A stretch of 64,000 nt of DNA from Paragordius varius. Its lineage: Eukaryota; Animalia; Nematomorpha. Both the position numbers and the translations under genes were made by a program. The notes under the pieces were generated by a model that saw only the letters and a program-made list of their open reading frames with translations, was not told the origin of the DNA and did no database searches. The DNA lies in the NCBI GenBank assembly GCA_964247055.1, contig OZ176055.1, positions 8,122,001 to 8,186,000 of the forward strand, in the 5' to 3' direction. Shown here piece after piece: positions 13,187 to 28,300 of the stretch. Numbering within the stretch: position 1 is the stretch's first letter; every line of letters begins with the position of its first letter.

Positions 13187-13581
13187 TGTGTTCAAAATTC
13201 ACATGGCATTCAATAAAACAGCATTATTACTAAAAATATTAAACTAAAAATGAAAGTGTTTAGTTTAACGTTTACTTATAATACATAAATTCGGAGTATC
13301 ACTAAATTAATAAATATATCAGGATAAGAGATTAATATTTTTGTGATATACGTGTCATTTTAAAGTTAATCAATTATCTTGAGTTCCATATCTAATAGCA
13401 AAAATTGCACAATGTTAAAAATATTTTTTTAAGCTAAAGGCTTTTTCAAAATCATTCATATATTGATACTTTCAAATTTTTGGATAATTTCTTCCTTCAC
13501 AGCCATTTAATAATTTGAATTTTATTTAATATATAAAGCCAAATTTAATGCATTATTTGGCATACGAGAAGATTTAGGTAA

Positions 13582-14145
13582 TTAACTATTAGATAAAACA
13601 CATTTAGTTTAATACTTCGATCCTAATTGGGGTAGTTGGATACCCCAGGCCTTTTTAATTAAAATCTTTAAAAAATATGAAAGGAATCAAAACCATGGCA
13701 AAATTTTTCACTTAAATAACATTAATAAACCGAAATATATAAAAAATTTTATTCAAAAATACTTGATTTTACTTATTTTAACCAAAACCAAACGTAAAAT
13801 TAGCATGTGTATACAATGGTAAAATTGTAAAATAAAACAAAATAAACCACTTTTACCATTTCTATCAATGTTAGATGTAATTTATAAAAAATTAGCGTTA
13901 ATTTTACCTTTAAAATTACGTGAAGACGATATTTTGCAAAAATGTAAAATAAAAATAGCGTCGAAGTAGTTTGACATGGAAAATATTTAAACAAATTTTT
14001 ACATATATTATTGGGTTATTTATATAATTTTTATTAGGATAGAAGCATAAATTCAAATTGGGACCGTTTCCTTCAGTTTTTTTTAAATACTAACTTTAAT
14101 TATGTCTGGGGTATTTAGATACCCCAATTTGAATCAAAGTGTTAA
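13582..14145 (+). mobile_element. piggyBac-like MITE (family B), copy 1, left end degraded
   Basis: Inverted repeat CTTCGATYCWAATTGGGGTA ... TACCCCAATTTGAATCAAAGTG-TTAA. The interior is homologous to the copies at 14985, 50249 and 61063. Confidence 0.75.
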
Positions 14146-14984
14146 AATGAATGGTAAAATTTATCCTAGGGTTATTCATCACCATTGTTTCCTCTGGATT
14201 TTAAATAGCTTCTAAGGCATGAACATAGTCCAAATATTTATATGAAATATATATATATATATATATAATATATATAGATAGGAAAATCTATCAGGAAATT
14301 TTTTGGTTCTCAAAAATTATTCCACTTTTGTGGGTAAGCTACATTGGAAGATGGCATGCCCACATTTTGTTAAACTTTTTTTAATGAGAGCTAAATGCCT
14401 TATAGCAAAAAATATCGCTAAAATAAAATAGGTATATATAAATAGCAATTTAATTAAGATTTAAATTTTCAAATGTGGGTGCTGAAAGCCCAAGTTTTTT
14501 GGCTATTAGCAAATAACAGTTTTAAAAACATGATTTTTGATATCAACTAAATTTATTTCAATATATTCATTCTTAAAAAAAATAATATTTAGCAAGAATA
14601 TCTTGAACCCTTTTCATACTATTTTGTGGCTCGACAGAAGGTATATAAAACACTTTATTTAAATACACATTTTCTATCAAATTCGTATACCTGAACATTT
14701 TACTTCAGAACTTTTTGTTAAAGGTTTGTTTGCTTTCAAATTTTATAGAAGTCAATAAAAAACACACTTAATATTAAAATTTGAAGACGTCGATTATATA
14801 GATTTTCATTATATTTAAAACGTTTATATACGGTTCATACCAATCAAAATATTAAGTATCATCAAAATTTTCCTAAAATCAAATTTTTGATTAGGTATGA
14901 TTTTTTTGTATATATAATTGATATCAGAATTTAGCAAAGACTTAATTATCACGCATCGGCATGCGTTTATTTAAACAAGTCTAT

Positions 14985-15506
14985 TTAACACTTCGATTCG
15001 AATTGGGGTATATAAATCCCCATATTGAATTTGAATTAGGATTTATAAAAAACTACTGAAGGAAACGGTCCCAATTTAAATTCTTGCCAAAATTCTAAAT
15101 AAAATTTGTTTTGAAAGAAAATTTCATATCAAACTACTTGGACGTCATTTTATTATACAAATTTTTTGAATATATCGTCTTCATTTAATTTTAAGGGTAA
15201 AATTATAGCTATTTTTTTAATTAAATTACATCTAACATTGATAGAAATAGGAAAAGCGGTTTATTTTGTATTATTTTTCAATTTTACCATCGCACACATG
15301 TCACGTTGTAAATTTTTACCTATTGATTTTAGCTTAAAATAGGTAATATCAAGTATTTTTGAATCAAATTTTTTATATATTTCGGTTTATTTATGTTATA
15401 GGGCAAAATTCTGCCATGGTTTCGAATTTCTTCCACAAGCCTGGGGTATTTACCTACCCCAATTTGAATCGTATGACAAAATAAATATGTTGTATCCAAG
15501 TGTTAA
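14985..15506 (-). mobile_element. piggyBac-like MITE (family B), copy 2, inverted relative to copy 1
   Basis: TTAA-CACTTCGATTCGAATTGGGGTA ... TACCCCAATTTGAATCG..spacer..GTATCCAAGTG-TTAA, with TTAA on both sides. Confidence 0.8.
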
Positions 15507-16154
15507 AAAAATAATTTGAGACATTTGGAGCCTAATCTAAAAATTGAATTTTTTTATAATATTATATTATATGTAATGTCTGATATTCTTAGTGATTTTT
15601 GGATGAATTCAGCTTTCACCATAAAAATTTTAGTATAAACAAAATTCGCAAATTTTGTCATTTTTTAATATGGAGGACTTACCACAAAAGTGTAAATAAT
15701 ATATCACTCGTAACCATAATCCTGATATTATTGTTATCATTATGTATTAGATTAAGTTAATTTTTTACATTGCGAAATAAAACAGAGTAGCGAAACTTCT
15801 TAAGATATAAAAAAATAGAGTGGGTATATAAACCAAAATCTGTTTCTCATTTACAACCACATAAAGTGTTAAAGAAAGAAAAAATGAATTATTTTAACCT
15901 TTATGCCTATTAGCCTAGGATTAGGTACATATCAAAGGAGAAAATCTGTAATTGCTCAAAACGATCCTTCGAGAAAAATATGGATAATTAATGAAACACT
16001 AATTTATTTGGTCTCATAATGAGCAAATTAAAACGAAAAAAATAATAGACATAATGAAAAAACGTACTATAGGAACTTTGAAACAGTTAAATATGCAGGT
16101 ATAAGAAAGAAAAAATGGAAGACAACAGTGCTTATTTTGAAATTGAATTTTTTT

Positions 16155-16198
<44 letters not shown>

Positions 16199-16335
16199 CA
16201 TAAAATGTTAGATGGTATGATAAAAATTGAATATGTGATGAGGCGTTATGAAGGCAATTTTTAACGCGTTTAAAATATCATATTAATATTTGCACATACC
16301 ATAAATCATACCTAAACAATATGTGATTAAAGGGT

Positions 16336-19300
16336 ATGTCGCGGAGTTTTTTCTTTAATACTCAAAAAGCTTTAGCTCGTTCTATTGCTACGAATGTAGA
16401 AAATTTGGAGGAAGTTTTTATTTTTATAAATTATGATAGGTTAAAAAATTGTTAGAGTTTTGTCCATATTACAATGAAGGCTCTAATAATTGTGATATAA
16501 CAATCAATTCTCATTATGCGCTAGTGGCGTTATCAATATATTTTTTGGATTCCAATCTTAAAGTTTATATATTATCAGTAATGATTGTAGTGCAAAACGG
16601 AAATAATTGAATATTTAAAATCTTTGATCCGTAGGATACCAAATGCGGCATGGTCGACTGAATTTTACAAATATTCCAAATATCGCATACCACTTTCCGA
16701 AGAGTTTGCATTTTGTTTGGGATCTCTCCTCAACGAAATTGATATAAGGGATGAAATGATTGAAGGAGAAGTTTTTTTCATTTACATTATATATGTAGTT
16801 ATTTCTTACATTAATTACAACGCTAAACCAATTAATTGATTCCAGTTACCAATTGATTGAAATAAAAGATGGAAAAATTGATGGTATTTTATCAATCATT
16901 TATTTTATAGAAACGGTTTTACTAATTTATATACCTTTGATTATTGGATTTTTTCGGTCTTTGGGGCAACCAACCTTTTTGCAAGATTATGTTAACATAT
17001 TTTCCGAAATATTTCCATCTTCATTCCCCTACTCCACCATAGTTAATCCGTGTTATTCGAATTTTCAGGATGCATTTAAGCTAGGTAACTTTTACTTATC
17101 TTATTTTTGGATGATTATTGATATTGATTATATTTTTTACGCTTAATATAATTCAAGTTTAATTTTGAAAAGTTTATTTATCATTTTTATCATGTGTTTA
17201 TATTTAAGGCTTTGAATGATATTAGTTTATTTTTATTAATATATTTTTTTTGATCTGTTCATTTTGTTTTAGGTAAACAGTCAAGGAAATCGGTACTTTT
17301 CAGTTCAATGTCAGGCGTCGGACCTCTAAGAAATCATAATTTACAGCAAAACAATTTGAGTATTGCAGAAAATAATTCAGATGCATTTTTTTTCGGTAAT
17401 AATATGCATATGACATTTACGCAATATGTGGAATATATGTATCCCACACGAAAGGATGAATTAACCCGACCCGTATATCGTGAAAAGGAATGTGCCACAA
17501 AATTTTTAACACTAGTAAAATATTAATTTTAATATTGTTGGAGTTTTATATATGAAAGAAATTTCGATTATTATTATATGAGAACTGTCTGAAATATTTG
17601 GATATACAGTTGAATTTTTTTGGTTTATTTAAGCTTAATTTCTTGAGATTTGACCTTGATATAAAATTGTACTAGTTTGAAATTTTTAATACAGTAAAAA
17701 TGATATTAAAAAGACACGTAATCATAAAAAACAATTTAAAACATACATTCTTTAAACCCTCATTTTTTGGTGTATAGTTTTAGTTTTCTAAAAATAGAGT
17801 TGTAAATTGTAACACTCCTAATTGTTAATTCACTACTGCAATTTACATAGAAATCAAATGTGTTTTCTTTATAATAATATATTAATCTTTATTTTTTTAC
17901 GTTTTTTCTTATATTTATTTTTTCATGAAAAGACAATTTTTACATTTTGGTTATTTTAAAATACAGTGTCATTTCAAGTTGCATCTAAAATGTTATTAAT
18001 TTTACAGGTTAAACGCATGTTAAATCGAGACTTATTACTAGCCCTAGACAATAAAACTACCAGTTTTAGCAATGTAAGTAAATTGGATCCTATATATCTA
18101 TTTTTTATACCATTTATACCTCAATTTCTCCCTTGAACAACAATTCAAATTAACTCTAAAGTAAATCTTACATTTTTGATAATTTAAAAAATTTCTTAAA
18201 TTTTAAAAAATGAAATTTTTTTCAAGATTTAATATATATTGAAAAAAAAATATCAGCCATAAAGAAAAACAATCTATATTAATAATGATTTATATTAGTT
18301 CGAAAATACATAATTTAATTTTAGGGTGAATTTGAATTGTTTGAGGGTGAATTTGAGGTGCAAATGGTATGTTTTATTTTATAATATATTTTTTTATTTT
18401 GCCATTATTGTAAAATTAATTTTTATGTTTAATTCGATAGACTATTCATTATTCCTACTTTTATACATCCTACAAAGAGGTCATAACATACGTCAATCTA
18501 AGTTTTGCATTCAACCTTGTCCAAAACATTAAGGGTAAATTTTATTCTATTTTTTTTGTGAGTTAATCTTTCTATTAAATTTTCCTTAATGTTCCTAAGT
18601 TTATTGTGCAACAAAATTTTTGAACTATTTTCTTCCAAAATCGGGGGTTGTTTATGAACTCTTTTAAGGTAGAAACAACAAACAATATCATTAAAAGTTA
18701 TGCAAAATAAATTATAGGTATTTAATATTTAAGAAATATTATATATAGTTTTATTTAATATATTTTCATTATTATTGAATCGTATAAATACCAATTGGTT
18801 AAAATTTCTCACATGAAATATATCTGATAGATCCTAGCCCTGACATTAAAGACGATATCTATCGATTTGTCCAATCAATTTTCTTGAGCTTACAAGCCGA
18901 CCTATATAAATTTACACATCATGGTACTTTGCTACACCTTATTCAACAACAATACGCACATAATACGCATCATTCAACCAAAATGAAAGATAATACTAAA
19001 AACACCAATTATAACGGCAACAATGAAAAACATTTAAATAACTTTGTTACAACAAATTTGCAAAGAAATAGTTTTTCAACTTTGTTTGGTGGCAGTAATA
19101 TGCTGATGACAAGCCATAAAAATATAACACATTGGAAATTTGACTTGTGTGTTAAATCAAATGCCCTTTGTATTGAAATACTGATTTGGGCCGTGAATAG
19201 ATCGGAATGTATGTGTGTGTGCCTTTTTTTATTTTCCTACTAAAATATTTGGATTGATATAAGATTTTTTGCTTTTAAAAAAAACCCATTTTATGAAAAG

Positions 19301-22300
19301 TTTGACTGGGGTCAATATTAATTTGTGCTATCTAATTTTAGTTTACTAAGTTATCGTTTCTATACTCTCTATTGAGTTTAGTTATATGATATAGAGTATT
19401 ATTAAAAATGAATTTTACTAACTTTAAACCAGTGTGCGGTAAATGCCTGGCATTATTAATTGAAAAATTACCAAGTTTTTACTGATATAAATATTATTAA
19501 AGTTTCAATGCTTTATAAATTTATTCACTCATACTTATGACTAATTAAAGTTAAGTTTTTAAAATTTCAGTCTTTACTTTATTCTTGTTTTTTTTCTTTT
19601 TTTTTATTTATAAAATATAATATATTTTTTAATCAATATTAGCTATCGAGGGATTCACCATGAAACTCGTGGAAAAATTATCATCGCATTACAATCTGAG
19701 TATTGTTATTGCATATATGCCTCTACTTATGGCTTGTATTAAGGTTTGAGATTCTATAATTTTATTTTCAAAATTGTAGTCTAAAATCAAATAATTATTC
19801 TATTCTAAAACAACTTTTATGCATGTTTATATGCATATAGGCGTTAGGCGATTTAGCCTTGAAGGATTCATTTTTAGCGCAATCTATTATAGTTCCAGCT
19901 TTGTTGGATCTTTTGTTGAAACCAACATCACCCCTGGGAAAACTTTACAAAGAAGAGGTTGTAGTATAAAATTTTTAGAATTTTACAAAAATCAAAAATA
20001 TAAAGCGAAAATGTATAAAATGCATATTTTTTAAAGAAGGCCATATTTTTTTACTCTGATAACGTAATGATTACGCATGGGTTATATTACTGTTTTCCTA
20101 ATCATATTTATTCCAACCCAATAAGATAAATTATAATTAAAAAATCAAGGTTAAAAAGTATGGTTTTTTTATAAACATCAGTTTTTTACGTTTTTAAGGC
20201 AAATTTTTTTTATAATATAAAGGTTAGATATCCAAGTTTTACACTCTGAAAATTAAATTAGGAAAAATAGAGATTCTTTACTAAACATATGTTATATTAA
20301 AATGTAAAAAATATTAGTTTTTAATTTATGTTTTATAAATGCAATAATATCTATCCTAAAATATGTAAAAGATCCAATATTTTACATAATGTAGGAGATT
20401 GAAATAAGGAAAAAAATGAGTTTTACCGGATTTGAATCGTACTATAACACAGTCAACTCCATAAACCTTTTCAAGAAGTCCAACACGACATCCGCAAACA
20501 AGTTTGTCCGTCAAAATGTTCAATCATCAAATTTTGATATCCTTTGTGGGCTAATTATTGAAAATATTTGCAAGTTTATACAATTTCTTGAATAATTCAA
20601 TATTTTTAAATAAATTATATATAATTCATTTCATTTATTTATATATATTTAAAACCAGTTGTTTTCAAAATTATTATACATCATTTTATTTTTCTTATTG
20701 AATTTAAGTTTTGTAATCTTATAAGGGATAATAATTGAAAAATATATATCAAATTTATAAATTCTAATGAATTTAAAACTTTTATTAATATTTATTTTTA
20801 TTTTCCATTTATTTTAAACGAATTATTTACTTTTTTTAATTCATTTAGAGCGCTGCGAGCTATTTATATCCGTGATAGGGATTGTGTTCAAGCCTTATTG
20901 GCATCCCTTTCGGGGAGATTATATTATGCCGATATTGTTTCAAAGTAATTTCTTAGTTATACCTTTTTTTATAAATCATTGATAATTTTATGGAAATTTA
21001 AAATATACCATGTAAATTATTTTAATTGAAACAAACTTGTATAAGTTAATTGGATATTATTGCATAAATTTTTGTCTGCCTTTATTAAATTAAGTGTACC
21101 TTTAAAAATAGCCATATATAAATTATTACTAAACTCTATAGTAATTTGTATAAAATCGGTACCAAATTAATTTTATTAAATATACAACATCGTCTTGTAA
21201 AAAATTAAAACGTTGCAATTATAAACAATTTATACCTATAATTATACATCAATGTTTTTTTAACTATAGACAAACTTTATTATTTTACATCATACGCTAT
21301 TGTGAAAGATATATTATTTGTGTCTATTTGGATTAATTTTTTTTTCAATTTCATATTGCATTAAGAATTAAAATTTTTTACAAAAGACAACCATACTTTT
21401 TTAAAAACAATTCAAATTCACCCTAAAATAAATTGTGTGTTTAGAATTAAAAATTACTTGTATTTTTTTATATTTTTAAAAAATGAAATTTTGTTTAAAA
21501 TTAATATAATACTGAAAATAATAATAAACTATGCCATAAGAATATATTTTATATTAATGATGGGTTATATTAGCCCGACATAATTTTTTAGGGTGAATTT
21601 AAATTGTTCAAGGGTGGGTTTGAATTGTTTAAGTGTGAATTTGAATTGTTCAAGTGTTATTTTAAATTGTAAATGGTATATAATTCAAAATTGCAATTAA
21701 TTAGTTTACGTAGAAAATATCAAGGTTTGCAAAAGTATAGTTGTCTTTTTTTAAAAAAATATTTGTCTTTTAGTTTTTACATTTTGTCCATGTAAAATTT
21801 TTTATTTTTACTGTAATTTCATTTTTTGTCATGATTTGTTTTAAAGAGAATCAAGCATGGTTTCCCACGATACAATAGTGGCTTTGGGTGAATTGGGAAT
21901 TCATTTGAGAGATATTCCACAAGTTATGGAATCTGTTTTAACCATTTTTATGCAAAGGTTTGTTTTTATACATATATTTTTATAAATTCCGTAAATTTTA
22001 AATTTTTAGTATAAGTCTTTAAAATAATGTTTTGTGGTGTGGATTTTAACGCTTGTAAGCATTCATATATAAATAAGTGATAGCTTTTGAGATATTTTAA
22101 CCAAATCAAAATTTTAAGCCTTTGTTTATTTAGCGTTACTAAATAATGGGATTATTACTAAATTTGTTGTGAAAAAGCTTTAAATTCGAAAATTTATCAA
22201 ATTTAATTAATATTTAATAATCAAACTATTTGAAGCTATTTGATATTTATTACAACATATTTTTTACATTTGTTAATTGTTTACCGGTCAAAATTTACTT

Positions 22301-25300
22301 AAAATTAATTATATATGCACTTATACCTACTGTTATATTTCGCAAGCTTTTTCATTTAGGTTTATCCAATTATATTTTTATTTGTCTTTAAATTCAAAAA
22401 CTACGAAAATCTTATGTCCGTTTATTTAATTTAAAAATTGCATACATATATTATGGTTTAGTTTAATTTTTGTTTAATATAAATGACATAGATTTGGACA
22501 TCCACCATCAGAATTTTTGGATGTACTTATAATTAGACAACTTGGTAATATTCTTTATGCCGCATACCTAGGGACGGGTGATAGCTATGCAGATGTATAT
22601 TAAAATATATTTAATTTGTTATGGTTTAAATTATATTAATGGTTTTTTTTTCTATGTCATTATTTTTTATTTTACTGCATAAAGTTTGCAAAACATAATA
22701 AAATGTAAAATATCTGTATCCAAAATTTACGTTTTTTTTAAATAAAAAAATAGATTTTAATATTAATCAACCATTTTTTTTTTTGGTTTTTTCTGAAGTT
22801 TATAAGGTTTTTTACGACTCTGTAAAATAAGGGGGGGAGATTCGCTATTCCATAATGAAATACATTAATTATATTATCTAAGTGAATTTATTTTCACTGA
22901 AATTTGCGATTCGTTTTTCAAAAACTTTGGCCTTTTCACCTTTAAACTCTGTAATAAGTAGTAAAAACCGCTAAAATTTATTTTTTTGGCACATACATTT
23001 AGCAAAAAATATATCGTGAAATTATGGATTTATTCGTTATGGTAATATTGAAAGCGGCCCAGTCCTCGCTCACGCAAAACAATATGAAATCTCACATCTC
23101 TATGGACATTAGTTACAAGTTAAAAGATATTTTTTTATTAAAATTTTTATAAAATTACTGGATTGATAATCATATAGAATATTTTTGATGTTTTGATTTG
23201 ATTAATATATAATTCTAGTTTCAATTCATTTTTTCTATTTACAAACTTTTTTGTAATTATCTTCAAGGAGAGCCTCATTCGAAATAATCCGTACATTGGG
23301 ATTTGTGGTTATGAAATTTGGCACTTTTCCAATACGAAAAAGTAAACAAGGCCACACTGCAAATATAGATGCTACAAATAATATAAATCGCCATTATAAT
23401 ACAGGTTTTCTTATGACTTTTAATTAGATTTTAACCATAACTGTAAATTAAATGGATAATTATAGGTAGTTTTGTTTAAAACCCTTGATTGAATTTTTAT
23501 AATTATTTATCCAATGAACCTGCTGAATATTAACTAGTTTATTTATTTCTCTTTTATCAATTAAAAATTACTGATAATATTTTATATTTAAAATAGTATA
23601 ATATATACATATTTAAATTTTATCTGGACTTTTACCATGTATTTTGAAAATTATATTTGTAATTTACAAATATTATTATAGGAATGACGGCTATACCCGA
23701 GGAAGTGACTTCAGACTCCACCAAATCAACGCATAACAAAATGGGGAAAGATAAAAAATCAAAGGTATATTAATTATAAGATTTAACCTTAAATTTTACT
23801 ATACGGAAACATAAGTTTTGGATAAGATATATTCCAAAAGGAAAATTCTGTTTTTTAAATTAACTATAGTTTGATCCTTGTATTTTTTATATAATCCATA
23901 AGATTGCGGTTGTAAAACACTGATTTTAATCATATAAATAGGTAATCAAATAGATTATATTAAAAATTAAGGAAAATATGTTATTTTTTGAAAATTTAAT
24001 TACTTTTTTATTTACTCTGTATATTTTTAGTGAATACTCTAAGCTTAACATTTTTTGCTAATTTTTTCCCCTAAATTTATATTTTTTCATTATACAATTA
24101 ACATGTTTTCACTAGACTACAACACAAGGCTTAATTACAAACAATGGTGGTGTAGCAACAACAAATCAAAATTTATATGATAGTTGGCAAATGGATATGC
24201 TTATGAGAATCCTGGAAGTTTTTGTCCAATTAGGTCTTGAGAATCAACGTAATATGGTAACGGAAAGGGGTGCCCCCTTTTTTGCAACGTTAAATCAAAA
24301 TTTTGGACCACAAACTGCAAATACGATATCTACCGGTGGTCCACTCCATAAAGTCACGAGCAATCCTTTGTTTGAAGGTTTATATATATAATATACCATT
24401 TACAATTCGAATTCACCCTTGAACAATTCATATTCACCCTCGAACAATTAAAATTCACCATTGAACAATTCAAATTCACTCTTGAAACAATTTAAATTCA
24501 CTCTTGAAACAATTTAAATTCACTCTTGAAACAATTTAAATTCACTCTTGAACAATTCATATTGAGGCTTAAACAATTCAAATTCACCCTCGAACAATTC
24601 AAATTCACCCTAAAAACAAATTATGTGTTTTCGGGCTAATATAAATCAACATTAATAAAAAACATATTCTTTTGGCATAAATTATTATTTTTTCAGTAGT
24701 ATGTTAATTTTAAACGAAATGTATTATTAAAAAAAATATAGGTAATTTTTAATATTTAAAAACACCTAATTTATTTTAGGGTAAATTCGAATTGTTGAGG
24801 GTAAATTTGGATTTAAGGGTGAATTTGAACTGTAAATGGTATATATATGGAATTTTAAACTCAAAAAATGGTTATAAAAAGTGTATTAGGTTGGTGGTGT
24901 TTAGATTGAGTTAGGGTTAAAATATATTAATTTTTAGTATTATAGTAACTATTTGATACATCCCCCTATAATGATACTCTTTAATAAGTTTTTTTAAAAA
25001 AAACAGCATCTATAAACAATCAGTTTATGCTAATCATTTGCACTTTTTTTGATTTCTAAATAAAGCCATAATCGTTTAAAGTTGAAAACACATCTCCACA
25101 AGCATAATACTTTGGAATATTTGTTTTTAAAATAAAGTAATTCTTCAATATATAGTCATACTTAGATGTAAAGGATGGAGTTGTCCGTTTACTATTTGCA
25201 TATAAAACTTATTACTTTTAACATATATATATATATATTTATATATAAATATTTAGATACTCCGTACAACACTATATCCAGTATGGTTCCACCCCTAACC

Positions 25301-28300
25301 TCTCACAACAGTATGGTTCAACTTTTTCCTCAATCCTATGTTAATTTTAGCAATCCAATCAATAATACTAATTCATTTGGGATGGCTGGTCTTTTATTAT
25401 CGAATACGGCATCTAATTTAGCTGTTTTAAGCAATTTAACTACCAATTTCCCCCCAAATGCTTCGCCTTTCATGAATAATATTTCGATTGCCAACGTGGC
25501 TGGCTTGAGTGCTTCAACGATAAAAGCTATAAGTTATGCCGAAAATTTGGGAATTTTATTACCACTCATTGCTTCGGTAAATTGAATGGAAATTATATAA
25601 AAAATTTTCTACCAGATCCAAGGAAAATAATTTTTGTTATATAAAATATGTTTGTGAATTACTTTGAATATGTGGGTATGAGAAATTTGAAAAATCATTT
25701 TTTTTGTTAAAATTAACTAAAATCGGTTATATATAAGCATTTTGGTTTTTAAAAAGAAAAAAACTTTCTTTTGATTTATATATCGATCAGGTTTAATTGG
25801 TTCCTAATTTCTAAATTTACGGCTAATTTAATCATTTTGATTCATGGTGATACAATCGCCCCATAAATATAAATCAGTTTGCAAAAATTTATATTATATA
25901 CTCTTTCTTAATACTGATTAAAAAAATAGCAAGCAATAATTAAATATGCTATCATTGTATGAAAAATAACAAGAAAATACCATTTTTCCCAAATCGGTCT
26001 TGTTATTTGGTTTCAGTTTATTAAAACGATTCAGGCTCGAATTTATGCATTTTTTGGTTTAATTATGGCAGAAAAATTGTTTTGAAACGGTTTCTCAGTT
26101 TTACAATATAAGTATATTTAATTTGCTTATCACTTCCTTCACAATAGATTATGAATAATATCCCTTTTGTGCAATCGCCCAAGCCTAGGTTACATAAATT
26201 ATTTCGTGATTTTTGGCTGTATTGCGTACTATTGGGTTTTTCACAAGAAAAAAGTATATGGCCCAGAGAATGGTTCAGGTAATTGCAAAATTATATATTT
26301 TTTTAAAAAAGACCTAAAAATTTTTTTTATTAATTTTATAGTTTTTGAATATTTTTAATAATATTTACGATAATTTTGTATTAAACCTTCGCTATACTTT
26401 AAAAATTTTTTACTTATCATCCTTTTTTTCATCCTATAAAAATAAAAATCTCGCTTAATTTCCCAATTTACAGGTAACAAAATTAAAAACTTTTGTTATT
26501 TAATATACCATTTACAGTTCAAATTCACCCTTAAACAATTCAAATTCACCCTTGAACAATTCAAATTCACCCTTAAACAATTCAAATTCACCCCTAACTA
26601 AAATATATGTTTTTTAAGATTAAAAATTACCAATATTTTTATATATTTTTAAAAAATAAAAATTTTGTTTTAAATTAAATATAATACTGAAAAATAATAA
26701 ACTATGCCTAAAGATATATTTCACACTAATAATGAGTTATATTAGTTTAAAAACACATAATTAATTTTTAGGGTGAATTTGAATTGTTCAAGGGTGAATC
26801 TAAATTGTTCGAGGGTTAATTTGAATTGTTCGAGGGTGAATTTGAATTGTTCTAGGGTGAATTTGAACTGTAAATGGTATATATAAATATTTAAAAATTG
26901 TATATTAGTTGACAAACTAATTCATTTATTTTTATCTCAATTATGAAATTTGAAATGTATTTAAAAATATTTTCTAATTGAAATTAACCATATATACATA
27001 CATATATTTATTTAAATACCAATAGTCTACAAAAATTATTTATTATTTTGGCAGATGTGTTAGTATTATAGCTTCGAAATCACCATTACTCATTTTCAAA
27101 GAACATTTAAGGTCTGACCTTCATTATAATACCGCTATCAAAACGGATAAATTAGGACAGGTTAGATTTAATTAATTAATTTTTTTTTAAAAAAATATAT
27201 ATTTTAAATTTTATGTATTTTAAATTTTTTAAATATATATTTTAAATTTTTAATTTTTTTACGGATAGAATGAAGCACTTAGTTTTAAAAATATGTTGTT
27301 ACAAATCTTGAATCATAAACCCGAAATTGTTTCATACATTAAACAAATGACGATGGCTGAACTTACATATATACTATCGATATATCAATTGGAAACACTA
27401 CGGTAAAAAAGATTTTTTTTAATGGGATCAAAAATTTAAAAATGTATTTTTATAAAAAATTGTTTTTATTTTATAAAATTTTACTTTTTTTGCTAAAATT
27501 TAATCGAATTATATCGTTATTTTTATTCCTATATTGTCACAATATTTTACTCGTAGTGTTTAAGGAATATATTATTTCTTTTTAAAAAAATAACGTTAGA
27601 TATCTTTGATTTTTTTCACATTTTTCCCTTTAGCATAAGAAATTCCATAGATCCCAATGCTGTACATTTCATTTTTTATTATTTGGAGGATCGAGTTATA
27701 CAAAAAGATAAATCTGGCATATGGGAATGTGTTTGCACCTTAGCTGAAAATATATTTAGGTTATTTAATTTATCTTTTTTATTTTATAATTTAAGAATTT
27801 TTTTTTGATTAATCTTAATTTTATATTGCTAAATGTATTAATCTTATAATTTAAATTATCAAAATCTTGCAATGTTATATTTTAAAACATTATAATTACT
27901 ATCAAATTTAGTTAGTTTTAATTTGATTCGTTGTAATTCAATTGGGAGGAATTCAATAAATTTACGATATGTTAACCCTTATATAAAGTATTATCTCATT
28001 TTGAGTGTGCATATATTATTAAATAAAATTTGGTTTTTTTAAAAAAAAGACCTGATAATACATTATAACAAACTAACTAAGCTTTAATAATAATGAATGA
28101 AATTTATGAATATTCCGCCCTCAAAACCACGAATTTTAACAAATAAATAAATAATATTCTATCCGATAAAAATATATTCCGATAATTTAATTCCCCCCAA
28201 ATACCCCCCATAGTTTATACATCAATGAAATGATTGGAAAGCCAAAGAATAAAGAAACCCTGAGCGAACTAGAGAGACAAGCCCAATTCCTCCTCGTTAA

